From Eledone cirrhosa (taxonomy: Eukaryota), in assembly GCA_964016885.1 (NCBI GenBank), contig OZ024747.1, positions 30,566,001 through 30,630,000 on the forward strand: a stretch of 64,000 bases of DNA, given 5' to 3'. The notes under the pieces are model-generated. The model worked only from the letters and a program-made list of their open reading frames with translations. It did not search any database and was not told where the DNA came from. The first letter of the stretch is position 1. Each line of letters starts with the position of its first letter. Shown piece by piece: positions 12,446-26,030 of the stretch. The position numbers and the translations under genes are program-made.

Positions 12446-13895
12446 ATGTTGTTTGATGCTGATACTGCTAATCCACTGCCATAATGTTGCTTGATGCTCT
12501 ACTGATACTGCTAATCCACTGCCATAATGTTGTTTGATGCTGATACTGCTAATCCACTGCCATAATGTTGCTTGATGCTCTACTGATACTGCTAATCCAC
12601 TGCCATAATGTTGTTTGATGCTCTACTGATACTGCTAATCCACTGCCATAATGTTGTTTGATGCTCTACTGATACTGCTAATCCACTGCCATAATGTTGT
12701 TTGATGCTCTACTGATACTGCTAATCCACTGCCATAATGTTGCTTGATGCTCTACTGATACTGCTAATCCACTGCCATAATGTTGCTTGATGCTCTACTG
12801 ATATTGCTAACCACTGCCATAATGTTGCTTGATGCTCTACTGATACTGCTAATCCACTGCCATAATGTTGCTTGATGCTCTACTGATACTGCTAATCCAC
12901 TGCCATAATGTTGCTTGATGCTCTACTGATACTGCTAATCCACTGCCATAATGTTGCTTGATGCTCTACTGATATTGCTAATCCACTGCCATAATGTTGT
13001 TTGATGCTCTACTGATACTGCTAATCCACTGCCATAATGTTGTTTGATGCTCTACTGATACTGCTAATCCACTGCCATAATGTTGCTTGATGCTCTACTG
13101 ATACTGCTAATCCACTGCCATAATGTTGTTTGATGCTCTACTGATACTGCTAATCCACTGCCATAATGTTGTTTGATGCTCTACTGATACTGCTAATCCA
13201 CTGCCATAATGTTGTTTGATGCTCTACTGATACTGCTAATCCACTGCCATAATGTTGTTTGATGCTCTACTGATACTGCTAATCCACTGCCATAATGTTG
13301 TTTGATGCTCTACTGATACTGCTAATCCACTGCCATAATGTTGTTTGATGCTCTACTGATACTGCTAATCCACTGCCATAATGTTGTTTGATGCTCTACT
13401 GATACTGCTAATCCACTGCCATAATGTTGTTTGATGCTCTACTGATACTGCTAATCCACTGCCATAATGTTGTTTGATGCTCTACTGATACTGCTAATCC
13501 ACTGCCATAATGTTGTTTGATGCTCTACTGATACTGCTAATCCACTGCCATAATGTTGTTTGATGCTCTACTGATACTGCTAATCCACTGCCATAATGTT
13601 GTTTGATGCTCTACTGATACTGCTAATCCACTGCCATAATGTTGCTTGATGCTCTACTGATACTGCTAATCCACTGCCATAATGTTGTTTGATGCTCTAC
13701 TGATACTGCTAATCCACTGCCATAATGTTGTTTGATGCTCTACTGATACTGCTAATCCACTGCCATAATGTTGTTTGATGCTCTACTGATACTGCTAATC
13801 CACTGCCATAATGTTGTTTGATGCTCTACTGATACTGCTAATCCACTGCCATAATGTTGTTTGATGCTCTACTGATACTGCTAATCCACTACCAT
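12408..13895. repeat. 43-bp minisatellite (~35 units) derived from the SINE A head
   Basis: Unit atgttgYttgatgctctactgatactgctaatccactgccata. A few early units are 38 bp. Confidence 0.95.
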
Positions 13896-14156
13896 AATAA
13901 TAATTGTTTCTGATTTAGGCATGAGACCAACAATTATGGGGGAGAGGAAAGTCGATTAACATGCTTTGTCGCTTATAGTTACATCTCTTTACATTCTGAG
14001 TTCAAATCCTGCTGAGATTTGTTTTGCCTTTCATCCTTACAGGGTCAATAAAATAAAGTACTAGTAATGCATTACAGTCAATTTAATCGACTTTCCCCTC
14101 CCTTCAGATGTTTGGCCTTGTGCCTAAACCAGAAACCATTATTTTCTTTTATTGAA

Positions 14157-14355
14157 CCCTTTAGCATTTAAACTAGCTGTATCTGGCCAGAATTCTCTTA
14201 CTGTTCAAACTGGCTGTAACTGGTCACTCATACCGACGTTATGGTATTGTTCTCAAAATAATAATATCAACATCTCATAGATTTGATATTATGTGAGATA
14301 AAGCCTTTACTGGGAAAAATACAATAGTATATAGAGTAATGTAAATGTTAAAGGG
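14157..14355. mobile_element. piggyBac-like MITE
   Basis: TIRs ccctttagcattta / taaatgttaaaggg; flanks tgaa and ttaa (TTAA target). Confidence 0.6.
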
Positions 14356-15452
14356 TTAATGACCAATTCACATTGCTGTAGCCTTTTAATAAAACACACT
14401 TCTTTCTATATATTACATAATGCTTCAAGCAAGCTTCAACACCCTCTTATTTTAAAAGATGTGTTGGAGAGATAACTGAAGAGGTTTCAGGTATTGTTAC
14501 TAACTTCCACTGTAATCACCTTGTTTATTCTTAAAGCTTATTGAATGAAATGGAAAATATTGCATAGTTTTCTAGCTCATATATACTTCAGAATTATACA
14601 ATTAAACAAAGTGGTTTTGAGTGGACTCTAGTCAGTATTTTAAAGGAAACGCCATAGAAGTTTTATATGGGATAGTATCACATGTATCAAACAATAGACT
14701 AAATAATGATAGTGCAGACCATCTAATGTTATTATCTGATAGTGTATTTATGTTGTGTACATTTCTCTAATTTACCACATTTCCCTTTCTTTTGCTGTTT
14801 GATTCTTTATTCTTTTTCATCTTTCCACTTCCTTTTTCTTTTGTTCCCTTTAATAGCATGTTTTGTTTTTATATAAACAGCTTTGTAATATAAAATAACT
14901 TAAGTCCATGAAGAAAAAAAAAACAAACAAAAAAAATTATAGGATCAGTCTAGTTTATTTGATGTGTATTTTTAAAAATTACTTTGAGTTTTTTCTGTTT
15001 CCCCTTCTTAAATATCATAATTCGAAGATTACCTTTTGTTCCAATTAGAATATAGATCCAGCATATATAACAAAACAGAATAAAATAAATAATGATCTGA
15101 AAGAAAGTAATGATTTTTCTAAGATAGCTGAGCACAAATATCTAATGTAGATAAATTTGATATCCAACATCTTCAACCTTTTACTTCTCACATAAAATAT
15201 ATTAATCAAATCACTTAGTTCAGTGAATCTACATTCATGGCTGAGAGAGTGAATTTTAAATGAAATTGGAGTCAATCTGAAATATCTGAGCTAATCTCAA
15301 GATTTGAATTTTATAATTTACAACTTCCTGTACTTTATTTAAAAAAAAAACGAAAATTCTAAATTGAAAGAAGTAAAAATAAAATGAACTTACTTTAAAA
15401 ATATATTCAAATTTATTAGGTATAATAATTTTGAATATTTCCCTGAACATAA

Positions 15453-15628
15453 ATAATAATTGTTTCTACTTTTGGCACAAGGCCAGTAATTACCCAGTAC
15501 ATTACTGGTACTTTATTTTATCGACCCCATAAGGATGAAAGGCAAAGTTAACCTCGGCGGGATTTGAACTCAGAATGGCAAGGGCCGTAACTCTATACAT
15601 CAGAGCATGGCGACACTGCCAATCCACC
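15453..15628 (-). mobile_element. SINE A copy
   Basis: Matches the family consensus. Confidence 0.88.
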
Positions 15629-16552
15629 ATAAATAATAATGCAATTCAGAAATAAAAATGAACAATATGAAATTTTTATGAAATTAGGGATTTTACAATA
15701 TGCATTCAACCTATACATTCATTTTAATTCTTAAACTCTCTGGATGAAAGTGTATGGTATAAACACTGAAGGAAAGATAAATATTGAATCTTTCAAATTT
15801 TAGAAGAAAGCAAGCAAGTAATGAAAAACTATAATATTAGAACATTACATCAACAAAAAACAATGCATAACACATGAAGCATATTTACAATTCTGATTCC
15901 ATGAATATAAAATATTTACTACTTATTTAATATATAAATGTTTAATGCTATTTATTCATGAATGGTATCAAAAGTCCCTTTTTTATTTTTTTTATTAAAC
16001 AATTGTTTGTTTGCCAGCCTCCTTTTCTGATCGTAGTCTAATTTGTAGTAGATTATGTGTGGTGTCCCATTCCCTTTTCTCTATTGTGCTATAGCCACAT
16101 TGTTAATTTTATATTTATTCCTCATAGTTAGAAGCTTACAGTTTCTCACCTGAAGCACACAGCCTGTAGCTGCACCATTAATTGTACAACAATCGTTGAA
16201 AAGTATCCACAAACCTTCAATTGCACAACTGAAAGATCATTAATTTTTAGGATGAATGAGTAAATATTTAAAAAAAACTTTTCCTCATTAACTAAACATT
16301 GAAAAAGCTCAATCAATCAAAGAGAGGAGACTCTGAACTTTCAAATCAAAGCTTTTAAGCTTTCTTTTAAAATCCATGATTTTCGAAATAGAAAAAAAAT
16401 ATTTTTCATTGTATCATTGTGTATATGTTGCCGATCTCTTGGACTCTTACAAAGTGCTGAGAAGATAAAGTTGATATAAATAATGAAGTGCTTATATGTG
16501 GAGATGCTATAAAATAGCTTATAAAATAGGATGAAGAGCCTTAAAAGATAGT

Positions 16553-16876
16553 AAAAGAAGTTGCCATTGGCCACTGTGAAGAATTGAACCCCACATCTCG
16601 CAGATACCAGCTAGGCACTTTTAACCATTGAGGCAAGGGACCATGAAAACTCTTATGACCTTAAATTAGATAGCTATATCTAATTTAAGGTCATAAGCTA
16701 TATCTTTGTTTACATACGATGTCTGTTGTTGACATCTGAAAGCTCTGATTTAGCAACCTAATTTAAAATGGTAAAAATTGTCACAGTCCCTTAGTTTAAT
16801 GGCTAAAAGTGCCTAGCCAATATCTGGGAGATATGGGGGTTTGATTCCCCATAGTGGCTGATTGTAACTTCTTTTT
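16553..16876. repeat. Inverted pair of tRNA-like units with a central hairpin
   Basis: Left arm (~16553-16641) is a diverged reverse complement of the right arm (~16786-16876). Hairpin cttatgaccttaaattagata/tatctaatttaaggtcataag at 16652-16697. Confidence 0.65.
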
Positions 16877-17377
16877 CCACTATTCTATAAATCTCCACAC
16901 ATGAGCATACCACTCTTTATATTGTTCATAGAGTATTTCATCAATACTAAAGTGATGGGAAGGCTCAAGTGAAAATCAGTGACTAAGAAGTTTACTTTCC
17001 AGCCATGAGGCTCCCTGGCTCCCTTACACAGCAGCTTGGGAAAATGTTTTCTATCATAACATTGCATGCCACTTGCCTCAAAGATCATATTGACAATGTT
17101 TTAAAAAAACAAAGATGGTGACATTTGTTTATGTCTTCCATAAAAACCATGGCTTGTGTCTGTTGCACACACTATGCTTAAAATAAGATATGGGTTGGCA
17201 TTAGGAAAAACATCTGGCCTTAGAAAGCTTACCTCAAAATGTTTTGTTCAATCCATGTTAGCATGGATAATGTGAATGTAAGATAATGACGATTATATAT
17301 TGAGTGAGAAAACAGTTGGAGATACATCAGTTCTGCTGATGACTTCTTTTCAATATTATAATATATATGTATAAGGA

Positions 17378-17565
17378 CGGTGGATTGGCAGTATCGGTAG
17401 AAGGTCGGACGCCATGCTTTGCAGCATAGAGTTATGGCCCTTTATGGTCTGAGTTCAAATCCTGCCGAGGTTAACTTTGCCTTTCATCCTTACAGGGTCG
17501 ATAAAATAAAGTACCAGTAATACACTGGGATAATTGCTGGCCTTGTGTCAAAAGTAGAAACAATT
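17378..17565 (+). mobile_element. SINE A copy
   Basis: Matches the family consensus. Confidence 0.9.
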
Positions 17566-17571
17566 ATAATA

Positions 17572-17635
<64 letters not shown>

Positions 17636-17679
17636 CTTTTAGGTATGAATAAAATGTTTAGTCTAGCCTATAGAGAAAC

Positions 17680-17886
17680 TATAGAGAAGGAAGACGTAGT
17701 AGAGATAGACCACATAAAACATGGGCGGAGGTGGTGAGAGCAGACCTCAGATGGCTGAAACTCACTGTGGAGATGATGAAGGACTGTGACAAGTGGAGAG
17801 ATGCTGTTCTGAATAGAACCCGTCCAACCTTTGCAAGCAGAGCAAAGCGGATGTAAAATGATGATGATGATGATGACGATGATGAT
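17680..17886 (+). mobile_element. RTE LINE 3' fragment
   Basis: Encodes ..RPHKTWAEVVRADL..; (GAT)n tail; homologous to 29071-29260. Confidence 0.8.
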
Positions 17887-20800
17887 ATATATATAAATAT
17901 ATGCACCTTTAGGTGTAAATATATCTATAGATGAATTATTTTGAAGTTGGTCACCTTTTATAAAGAGGAAAAGTCAGAAACTGTTATTGAACAGGTTTAG
18001 TTATATTTTAAGTATGCAGATTACTTTACAAAACTGAAAAATGTTATTCTAAAGAGAGTGAACTTCTCTGTAAGTAAAATAACAGACAGTTTCTGTAACC
18101 CGGTTGGACTTAAAAGAGATTGTGATGACTGGGTGAGAGTGCATTTATAAGATTAAGGAATGATTAAAAGTATAAAGAAAATCTGGTTACAGTGAGATTT
18201 TTTATATTTGGAGCATATATCAGAAATATTTGATGCAAAATTAGTGTGAAATTCGAAGAATTATAAGAGATGCAGAAGAAAATATCAAGTATGATTATCT
18301 TAGTATGTAATCCCACATTCTTTCAATATTTCTGCCACTTTATATCAAACAAAAGCAAACATAATGGATAATGTAAAATTTGTAGCACTTACAAGTGTTA
18401 GAAATATAGAGAAGCAACATAGACTTAAAACTCTGTAAATGAAGAAATAAATCCCTTTCTGTTTTGAAAGTTTTTAGAAGCATCTCAGTAAGTTACACTC
18501 GTCATATGAAATAAGCAGCTGATTTCTGATTTGTTCAGATGTGAGTTGTAAAAGAATAAAGGTAAAACAAAATGTGGTTATGTCACATTAATTTAAGAAA
18601 GAATTAAGAGCCAGAAAAGTTCCATAATAATACATAAAGCTACAAAGATTTACAGAGATTGCCAAATGGAACATTATGTCATTTATGATTTTCTGAAAGG
18701 TATTCCAGTGAAATATAGCTAAATGATTCCATTTGAGAGTTGAACAGAACAGTAAATAAATGAAGATCAATGGAAGATTACCTCAGCTTTATTGTACTCA
18801 TCAAACCTTCATCCAGTTTCTTGTTTATTGGAAAATAGAGAACAACTATCTTGTCAATCTTAGAAGTAATTTCTCTCAGTTTATTCTTTGAAACATGAAG
18901 AGACAACTGAACTAAATGTTAATTTTATATTTATGAAGTTTGGCTGAAAATTCATAGGCTGACTATGAAGGAGTGATGCTAGAGCAGTGAAATCTTGCAT
19001 GCATTAATTTCAACTCATCCTATTAATAACTGCATTGTTTCTGTCCAGACACTATGCTGAAAAATAAACCTCATTTGGTCATTTCATGGTTAGCGTATGC
19101 AGGAGTGATGCTAGAGCATGCATTAATTTCAACTCTTCTTTTTAATAACTGCATTGTTTCTTTCCAGGGATTATGTTGACAATTAAAGCTCATTTGATCA
19201 TTCCATGAGAATATTTTGGTCAACTGACTCCCATACACTAGTGTAATACCCATCAAATACGACATTTCAGTAATTATTTAAACATTCTGTGCTGTATAGC
19301 CAAATGAATGGTTAAGGAATTTTTGTAATCATTAAGTATTGGGTTTGATCCCACAGCATAGCTTCTTGTACAAGTGTCATTTACCATTGCCTTGAAAAAT
19401 AAACCTCGTTTGGATATTCCTATGAAATTTTTAGCTGACCATTGTATATTTAAAAAAATCTATAAAGTGAAGAGATTATTTGAGGACAATCTTTGTTTAA
19501 AGAAAGATTTCCTGAGATTTGTTACTCAATTTATCCAATAATAACACAAAAGATTTTGTCATACTTGAAATGACCATAACATGAAATCTTATAATAAAAA
19601 CCAAAATTTATCAATGTACATTGCTATCATTCAAATAATTCAATTTACCATGCCAACAGTCTTCAAAAGATGTAATTCCAAAATTAATAGCTGAGTTACA
19701 ATTCATTTTAATCTGTAAGAATAACAAAAATGACATGAATAATTGCTTTTTTTGCTATTCTATACTTTCATTAGATTATTTACCTGATCTTTTGTGTGTT
19801 TCTAATCATACTATTTAATCTCCATATTCTTCACTCATCTTCAAATGCAATAATTTTATGTACATACATTGCCTTGAGCTGGCAATGGACTTACAGCCTT
19901 TAACATTTTTAACCAATATATTGTTGCTTTAATTACACAAATACATGATAATTGCCAACACATATTTTCAAGTCAACCATGAAGAAGCTAAGGTTTCATG
20001 TCTCAATAACAGAGAGAGATTACATTTGACTGCCAAATGCAGCAAAGAGTTTAGAGAATGTTACTGAGAAAATCTTCATATGGTATTGATTTTCCTCTAT
20101 TTTCATAGCAGTGTAATTTATATGAAACATTATGCAATATGTAATTATGAATGCATTGGGAAAGCCAGTACAATGTGAATATGAAATAAAATGGTTGAAT
20201 TAGAATAGGACAAAATAAAACAATATTTAATTTTTCCCTATATTTCATAATATTTTGAGGTTAGAACCAAATGCAAATTTGAGTCTTGTTTTTACAAGCT
20301 GTCCTTTGTTGTGTACCTGACAAGTAGTGAAAGTCGGTCAGTAGATATGTGACATGTGTAGACTGGTCAAAAGAGTCAATCAGCCACATGTAATTCAGCT
20401 CTGTTAATAATAGATTTACGCCTGTTGATAAGAATGTTCCTCTCCTAGGCCAACCTCATGGTAACCTCAATACATCAGCTATGGCATTTTTGTAGATATT
20501 ATTTGACAGCAGAAGCACTTGTGTTGGTATGTTCTTTGTCATATATTCAGGTTTCCAAATAAATGATTAAGCACCTTCTAAAGTTTGATAGACAAATACC
20601 AGACAATAGTAGAGTTTATCTGCATATGCCATAACATTACAGATGTCCAGTATACAGAGCTTTTAAAGGGTAGAATTTGCATCTGTTGTCTGTTAAATCA
20701 ACATAGGAAAACAGAGAAATTATATCATCTCTCTGTTTAGCGATGTAACTAGATTTATTTTCTGGACTTTGCCATAAGATTTTATAACCAGCAAGGACAT

Positions 20801-21651
20801 TATGACGAAGCCAATAACACCTATACACAAGCACTCACACAAACATGTGTATGTATTTAGGTATGGGCACCTGTGTACCAAACTAGGCTGTGTGTACCTA
20901 TATATACATATAGCACTGTCTGAATGATAACACCTACATGTATATGTGTAAGGCCACACTTCCATACATGTGTGTCTGGGCAATTCCGGATTACACAGTT
21001 TGAGTGGGCATGATCGAGAGAACATCTGTCATCTAACTAGCCTATCACTATTATTCTAGTACACTTACTGTTAGTACTACTACTATTATTAATACCTCAC
21101 AATATTTCAGCACTTTATTTTTTCCTAGCAAATTTTTCTCCCCTAGCAATGTTTTCTCCTGTTGCATATATGATCACATTCCATACATTCAGTTTTCATA
21201 GTGGTGAACCAACAGTAACTTGACATGACAATCCCTAAACTATATATACATTAATATATATACACACATATATATATAAGTATATATATAAGTATATATA
21301 TATCTAGAAGTCTTATATATTTTTATGTGAGCTGATAGAGGACAGTTTAAGGATTTACAGAAACCCAAGAAGCTAGATTTACCATCTTTCTAGCGGGTCC
21401 GGGTATGCTTTTTACATTCATTTGATTTATTTATTTATTGATTTTTCATCTGAGTGTCCCGAATCTTCCAGATCGCTATTTTTCGGTTGTATGGTTGATT
21501 ATAGACTTGTTCTATGTGTGACGGTATTTTAACGATAGTTATAGCTCTGATTTATCTAAATTATTGAGCCCTCTGCCGCTCATGTCGAATTTTGTTTATA
21601 GTGAACTCGTGCGCCGATTTTTCGATACTCGATTATTCTACTATATATATA

Positions 21652-21945
21652 TCATCATCATTTCATTTTACATCCGCTTTTTCCCTGCTTGCAAGGGTGG
21701 GATGGGAACTGATGCTGGCTTGATTTCTACAGCTGGATGCCCTTCCTAACACCAACCTCATTTACAGTGAGTGCTGGGTGCTTTTTTGCCGTGGCACCTC
21801 CACGACCACTTTACAGTGGAATGATAGGGACACCAGTCCCTATCATCTCATTTCTACAGCTGAGTAAACTGGAGCAATGTGAAATAAAGTGCCTTGCTCA
21901 AGGAAACAACACATCACCCGGTCTGAAACAACACATCACCCGGTC

Positions 21946-21947
<2 letters not shown>
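21652..21947 (-). mobile_element. SINE B with RTE tail (5'-truncated)
   Basis: Reverse complement of the 7863-8193 copy. Confidence 0.85.
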
Positions 21948-22038
<91 letters not shown>

Positions 22039-22186
22039 GACCAAAGATTAGTATGGTTTATTGATTACTCAATGAATACAAATTTTACAATAGATTAGAA
22101 GCACTCAACCGTATAAGATTTTCCTGGAGTTTTTAATATTATTCAAAATATTAACAAATGAAAAATATTATCATAATCAAAATATA

Positions 22187-22252
22187 TACTTTATTATATA
22201 TATTTCAAAGGTACTGTGTTGTTTTTTCAGTACATCTTCATCAGATAAAATA
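22187..22252 (-). ncRNA. Type I hammerhead motif in a solo PLE-type terminal repeat (~22040-22260)
   Basis: tattttat-CTGATGA-agatgtactg..cagtaccttt-GAAA-tatata-TA-ataaagta. Confidence 0.8.
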
Positions 22253-22734
22253 TATGATTTGATATATGACATACTGCTACGGTCTTGATTATACAATTCC
22301 AGTATTGGCATGTGTGTATATATAAATATACTCACACACACACACACACATATATATATACATATATATATATATACACACACACATATATATATACACA
22401 CACATATATATAGATAGATATTGGCAATCGAAGGTTGGATTAATAGGAAAAATGTTTAATATCATATATATCCTAGTGTAATACTACACAAAATAAATTG
22501 ATAAATCTGAGATCATAAAGTAAAATAGTACAATTTTATTATATGATATGGCATGGAGTTTGTAGAACATTTCATTACAGTATAATGATAGTGGAAACAG
22601 GGGTGATAATTTGTTTTTCATTAGAAGAAAGTTACTATTTTGTAGGGAGTAGGTGGTATGTAAATCTGTGCTTGGCAAAGCAGTGAAAACACGCAATAAA
22701 ATAAGACTACTACTACTACTAAAAATAATAAGAT

Positions 22735-23087
22735 AAATAATAGTTTGTGAATTAGGCAGAAGGCCAACAATATTTTGGGGAGGAGAAAGTTGATTAAATC
22801 GAGCCCGGTGCATTAATGGTATTTTATTTCACCAGCCCTGAAAGGATGAAAGACAAAGCTAACCTCAACAGGATTTGAACTCATTTGACTATATGCCACA
22901 AAGCATGTCGTCTGACACACTACTAATACTGCCAATCCACTAATAATGATAATAATGGTTTCTGCTTTAGGCACAAGACCAACGATTTTAGGGGGGGGGG
23001 GTCAATTAAATCGATCCCAGTGTATTACCGGTGCTTTTTTTCATTGACCCCTTAAGGATGAAAGGCAAAGCTCACCTCAGTGGGATT
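22735..23087 (-). mobile_element. Two diverged SINE A copies
   Basis: aaggatgaaag and ggatttgaactc motifs. Confidence 0.75.
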
Positions 23088-23999
23088 AATCAATGTACAT
23101 AAGCTGAATTTTCAGACTTTTGAATGCTGAGAATATATATATAAGTACTAAAGAATGATGTGCTCAAGTGCAGTGATGCTATAAACAAATTTATAAAATT
23201 GGAGGAATGAGTTGTACATGTAATTCAAGGGGCTGCCTTCATTGCATCATTTCTCTGAAAACTACATTAAGAGGGGAGCATGTGTTTGCACAATCCTCAG
23301 CCACTTATATGTTAATTTCATGCAGATACATATATATATATACCCATCTGAAAATTATTTAGAGTACATATGCCAGATTTAAAATGTTATTGTGACACAC
23401 AGCAATGTGACTCAATAGCACCCCTATCAATCCAACAGGCATTACAGGTCCATAGTTACATAAAGGCAAATCACTTTAGGTACATCGCCTTCAGTTAAAC
23501 CAGGGAAATCCAGTCTTTTTTACATCATCACCCACTTTCACATGGAAAAAATTTTCATCGCCCACCTCTATAGTAAATATTCAGTAGCATACCAAAAACA
23601 GTTTGGTAACAGTTTGTTATTGGTTCATTATTCCCATTTAGCCTCCTGCTTATTTTTATATTTACACAACTTTTGCATATCTCATTTGAATATTTTTTTT
23701 CAGGTAGCATATGTTGAAATACTTTCTACATATTATATCAGCCACCAAAATTTCCAATTGCACAACATTTTCTGTTCAGTTGCTCATCGCCCACCAAACA
23801 GCTGAAATTGCCCACCAAGGGCAGTATGACCCATGTTGGGAAACCTTGAGTTGCTGAATTTACTTCTTCAGTCTCATTACACTTTTCTTAATTTCACTTC
23901 CTGAATGACAAGATATAAACTGCCTGTTGTCTAATGTCATATCAATTAAGCCAACCCTCTTCTACAATATATTCAACATTCCTAGTAAGAACTCAAGAA

Positions 24000-24133
24000 T
24001 TAGTAGTAGTAGCAGCAGCAACAGTAGTGGTAATAGTAATAGTCCGAGTAGTATTAATAGTAGCAGTGGTATTAGTAATAGTAGCAATAGTAGTAGTAGT
24101 AATGGTGGTAGTAGTGGTGGTGGTAGTAGTAGC

Positions 24134-24187
<54 letters not shown>

Positions 24188-24188
24188 T
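24000..24188. repeat. (AGT)n microsatellite
   Basis: Direct reading. Confidence 0.95.
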
Positions 24189-25769
24189 AGCTATAAATGT
24201 ATTGCAGGTATTAATACACTGCCCATCAGAATAAGAAGTGAAATGCTATATAAATTCATTGAAAAACAAAAAAAAACTAAAAGCTTTTCAACAGTAACAT
24301 TAAAATCATTGGGTTAATGAAAACCTAATTAGAGTATTTTTTTTATCACATACTTTTGGAAATAACAATCGTAATAATACCTAATGTTTTTCATGAACTT
24401 TTTTATGGACTTAATGTAGCTGCCTTGAGATGTCAGTTATATATCCTACTTCTTTTTTTTTTTACACTTTACTCAAGAAATGTCAATTAGGAAGATTTCT
24501 TTTTATCTAAATTTTTAACTTCCAAATTACAATCTCTTTTCATATCTTTGTCCATCTATGGTAGCAATAAGTTTCAACTAAATTTCAGTTTAAATGTCTG
24601 CATTATAACATATCTATTCTACAAAGAAAAAAAGCTCTTGGTTTCCAAATAAATTAAAACGAAACAGACAAAAAAAATAGAAAAAATATTATAGAATATA
24701 TCTAGAACAAAACTGAGATAATATAAGCCAAAATCCTAGCTAGTGAACACATAAACAAAAATCTCTCTCTTTTCATGTTGGAAAGTTATCTAAAATATTA
24801 ATTAGAATAATTAAAGATTGTAACATTCAAAGTTTAGTTTAAATTAATGAGGCAAAAGATGGGGTTTATAGTTTACTTTGAATGGAAAGTAATTATTTGT
24901 AATTAATGGCTTCAAGGAAATCCAGCCATCTGCAAGGAATCTTTGTTTTATCTAGCTATGTATCTATCTATCTATCTTTTGATCAAACTACCTACTTAAT
25001 CTGTTTAACCAACAGACTCTCGCTCTTTCTCTCCACCTCTACTGAATACACACATACTCATGTACGAGTGGTAGAGAAAGTATGAGAGATAGAGATATAG
25101 AAATGACTTTGGCTTTGTGAAGGGTTTATGTGTAAAAAGATAAAATCATAAAACATTGGTTTACTCTTTTAAATCCACCTGCAATGATAATCTACACACA
25201 CACGTGTGAACAAATTAGCTTCAGTGCAGTGTCCTGTCTTTAGAATAAAAAGCTATACAATGTTATGAAATCCACTTTAAAATAAACTCTTTGTTTTGAT
25301 AACTGGTATCAGATTTTTATGGCAATACCACAAAAAAAGACAAGAGCTGTTAAAAAAGGGGTGGATGAAATCCACAGAGTCAACAGCCATCCACACCAAC
25401 CATAGGTTAAATAGTCTCCCCAACCTGCAATTGGCCAAGTGTGGGGTGTATGGTTACACCCCTGAAGATAGGACCTAACATAAAGTTGTGGTGGTCAACC
25501 AGGGAGGGTTTCTTCAAACATGAGTGAGAAGGGATTGAATTGGATTGGACTGCCTCTTTAGCATTTTGAAAGTTTGATTGAATTATAGTTTTAGTTTAGT
25601 CATTGTAAAGAAAGAAAAGTAAATAAAATCATTTCTTTTAAGTTGTTTAGTATATTTAGACACCACATTTAAGGCCATGCTGGAGCATTTATCTTAGTGA
25701 TAGCTGTTGAATATTTTCCATATTGTAACTACTGTGTATATTTGAAGTTTAAAGTCTGTCTCACCCTGA

Positions 25770-26030
25770 GTCTCATCAGGCTGAGGCTTACCTCAGTTTC
25801 TGTGGCGTAAAGCAACTGAGATTACAAGGCTCTGTCTTGGACAGGACATTAGTCCATCGCAGGGTTAACTCCAAGCTATTGCTAGTACTCATTTTCAGCT
25901 GAATATACTGGAGCAACATGAAATGGAGTGTTTTGCTCAAGAACACAACACACAAGCCAGTCCAGAAATCGAACCCATGACATTATGATCATAAGTCCAA
26001 CACCCTTACCACTAGGCCATCTGCCTCCAC
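25770..26030 (-). mobile_element. SINE B-related copy
   Basis: tRNA-like head and ttcttgagcaaaacact central domain. Related copies at 34815-35050 and 47322-47635. Confidence 0.7.

Noticed and set aside
12408-13895. CRISPR-like array
   Set aside because: No unique spacers, eukaryotic context, and the unit is SINE-derived.
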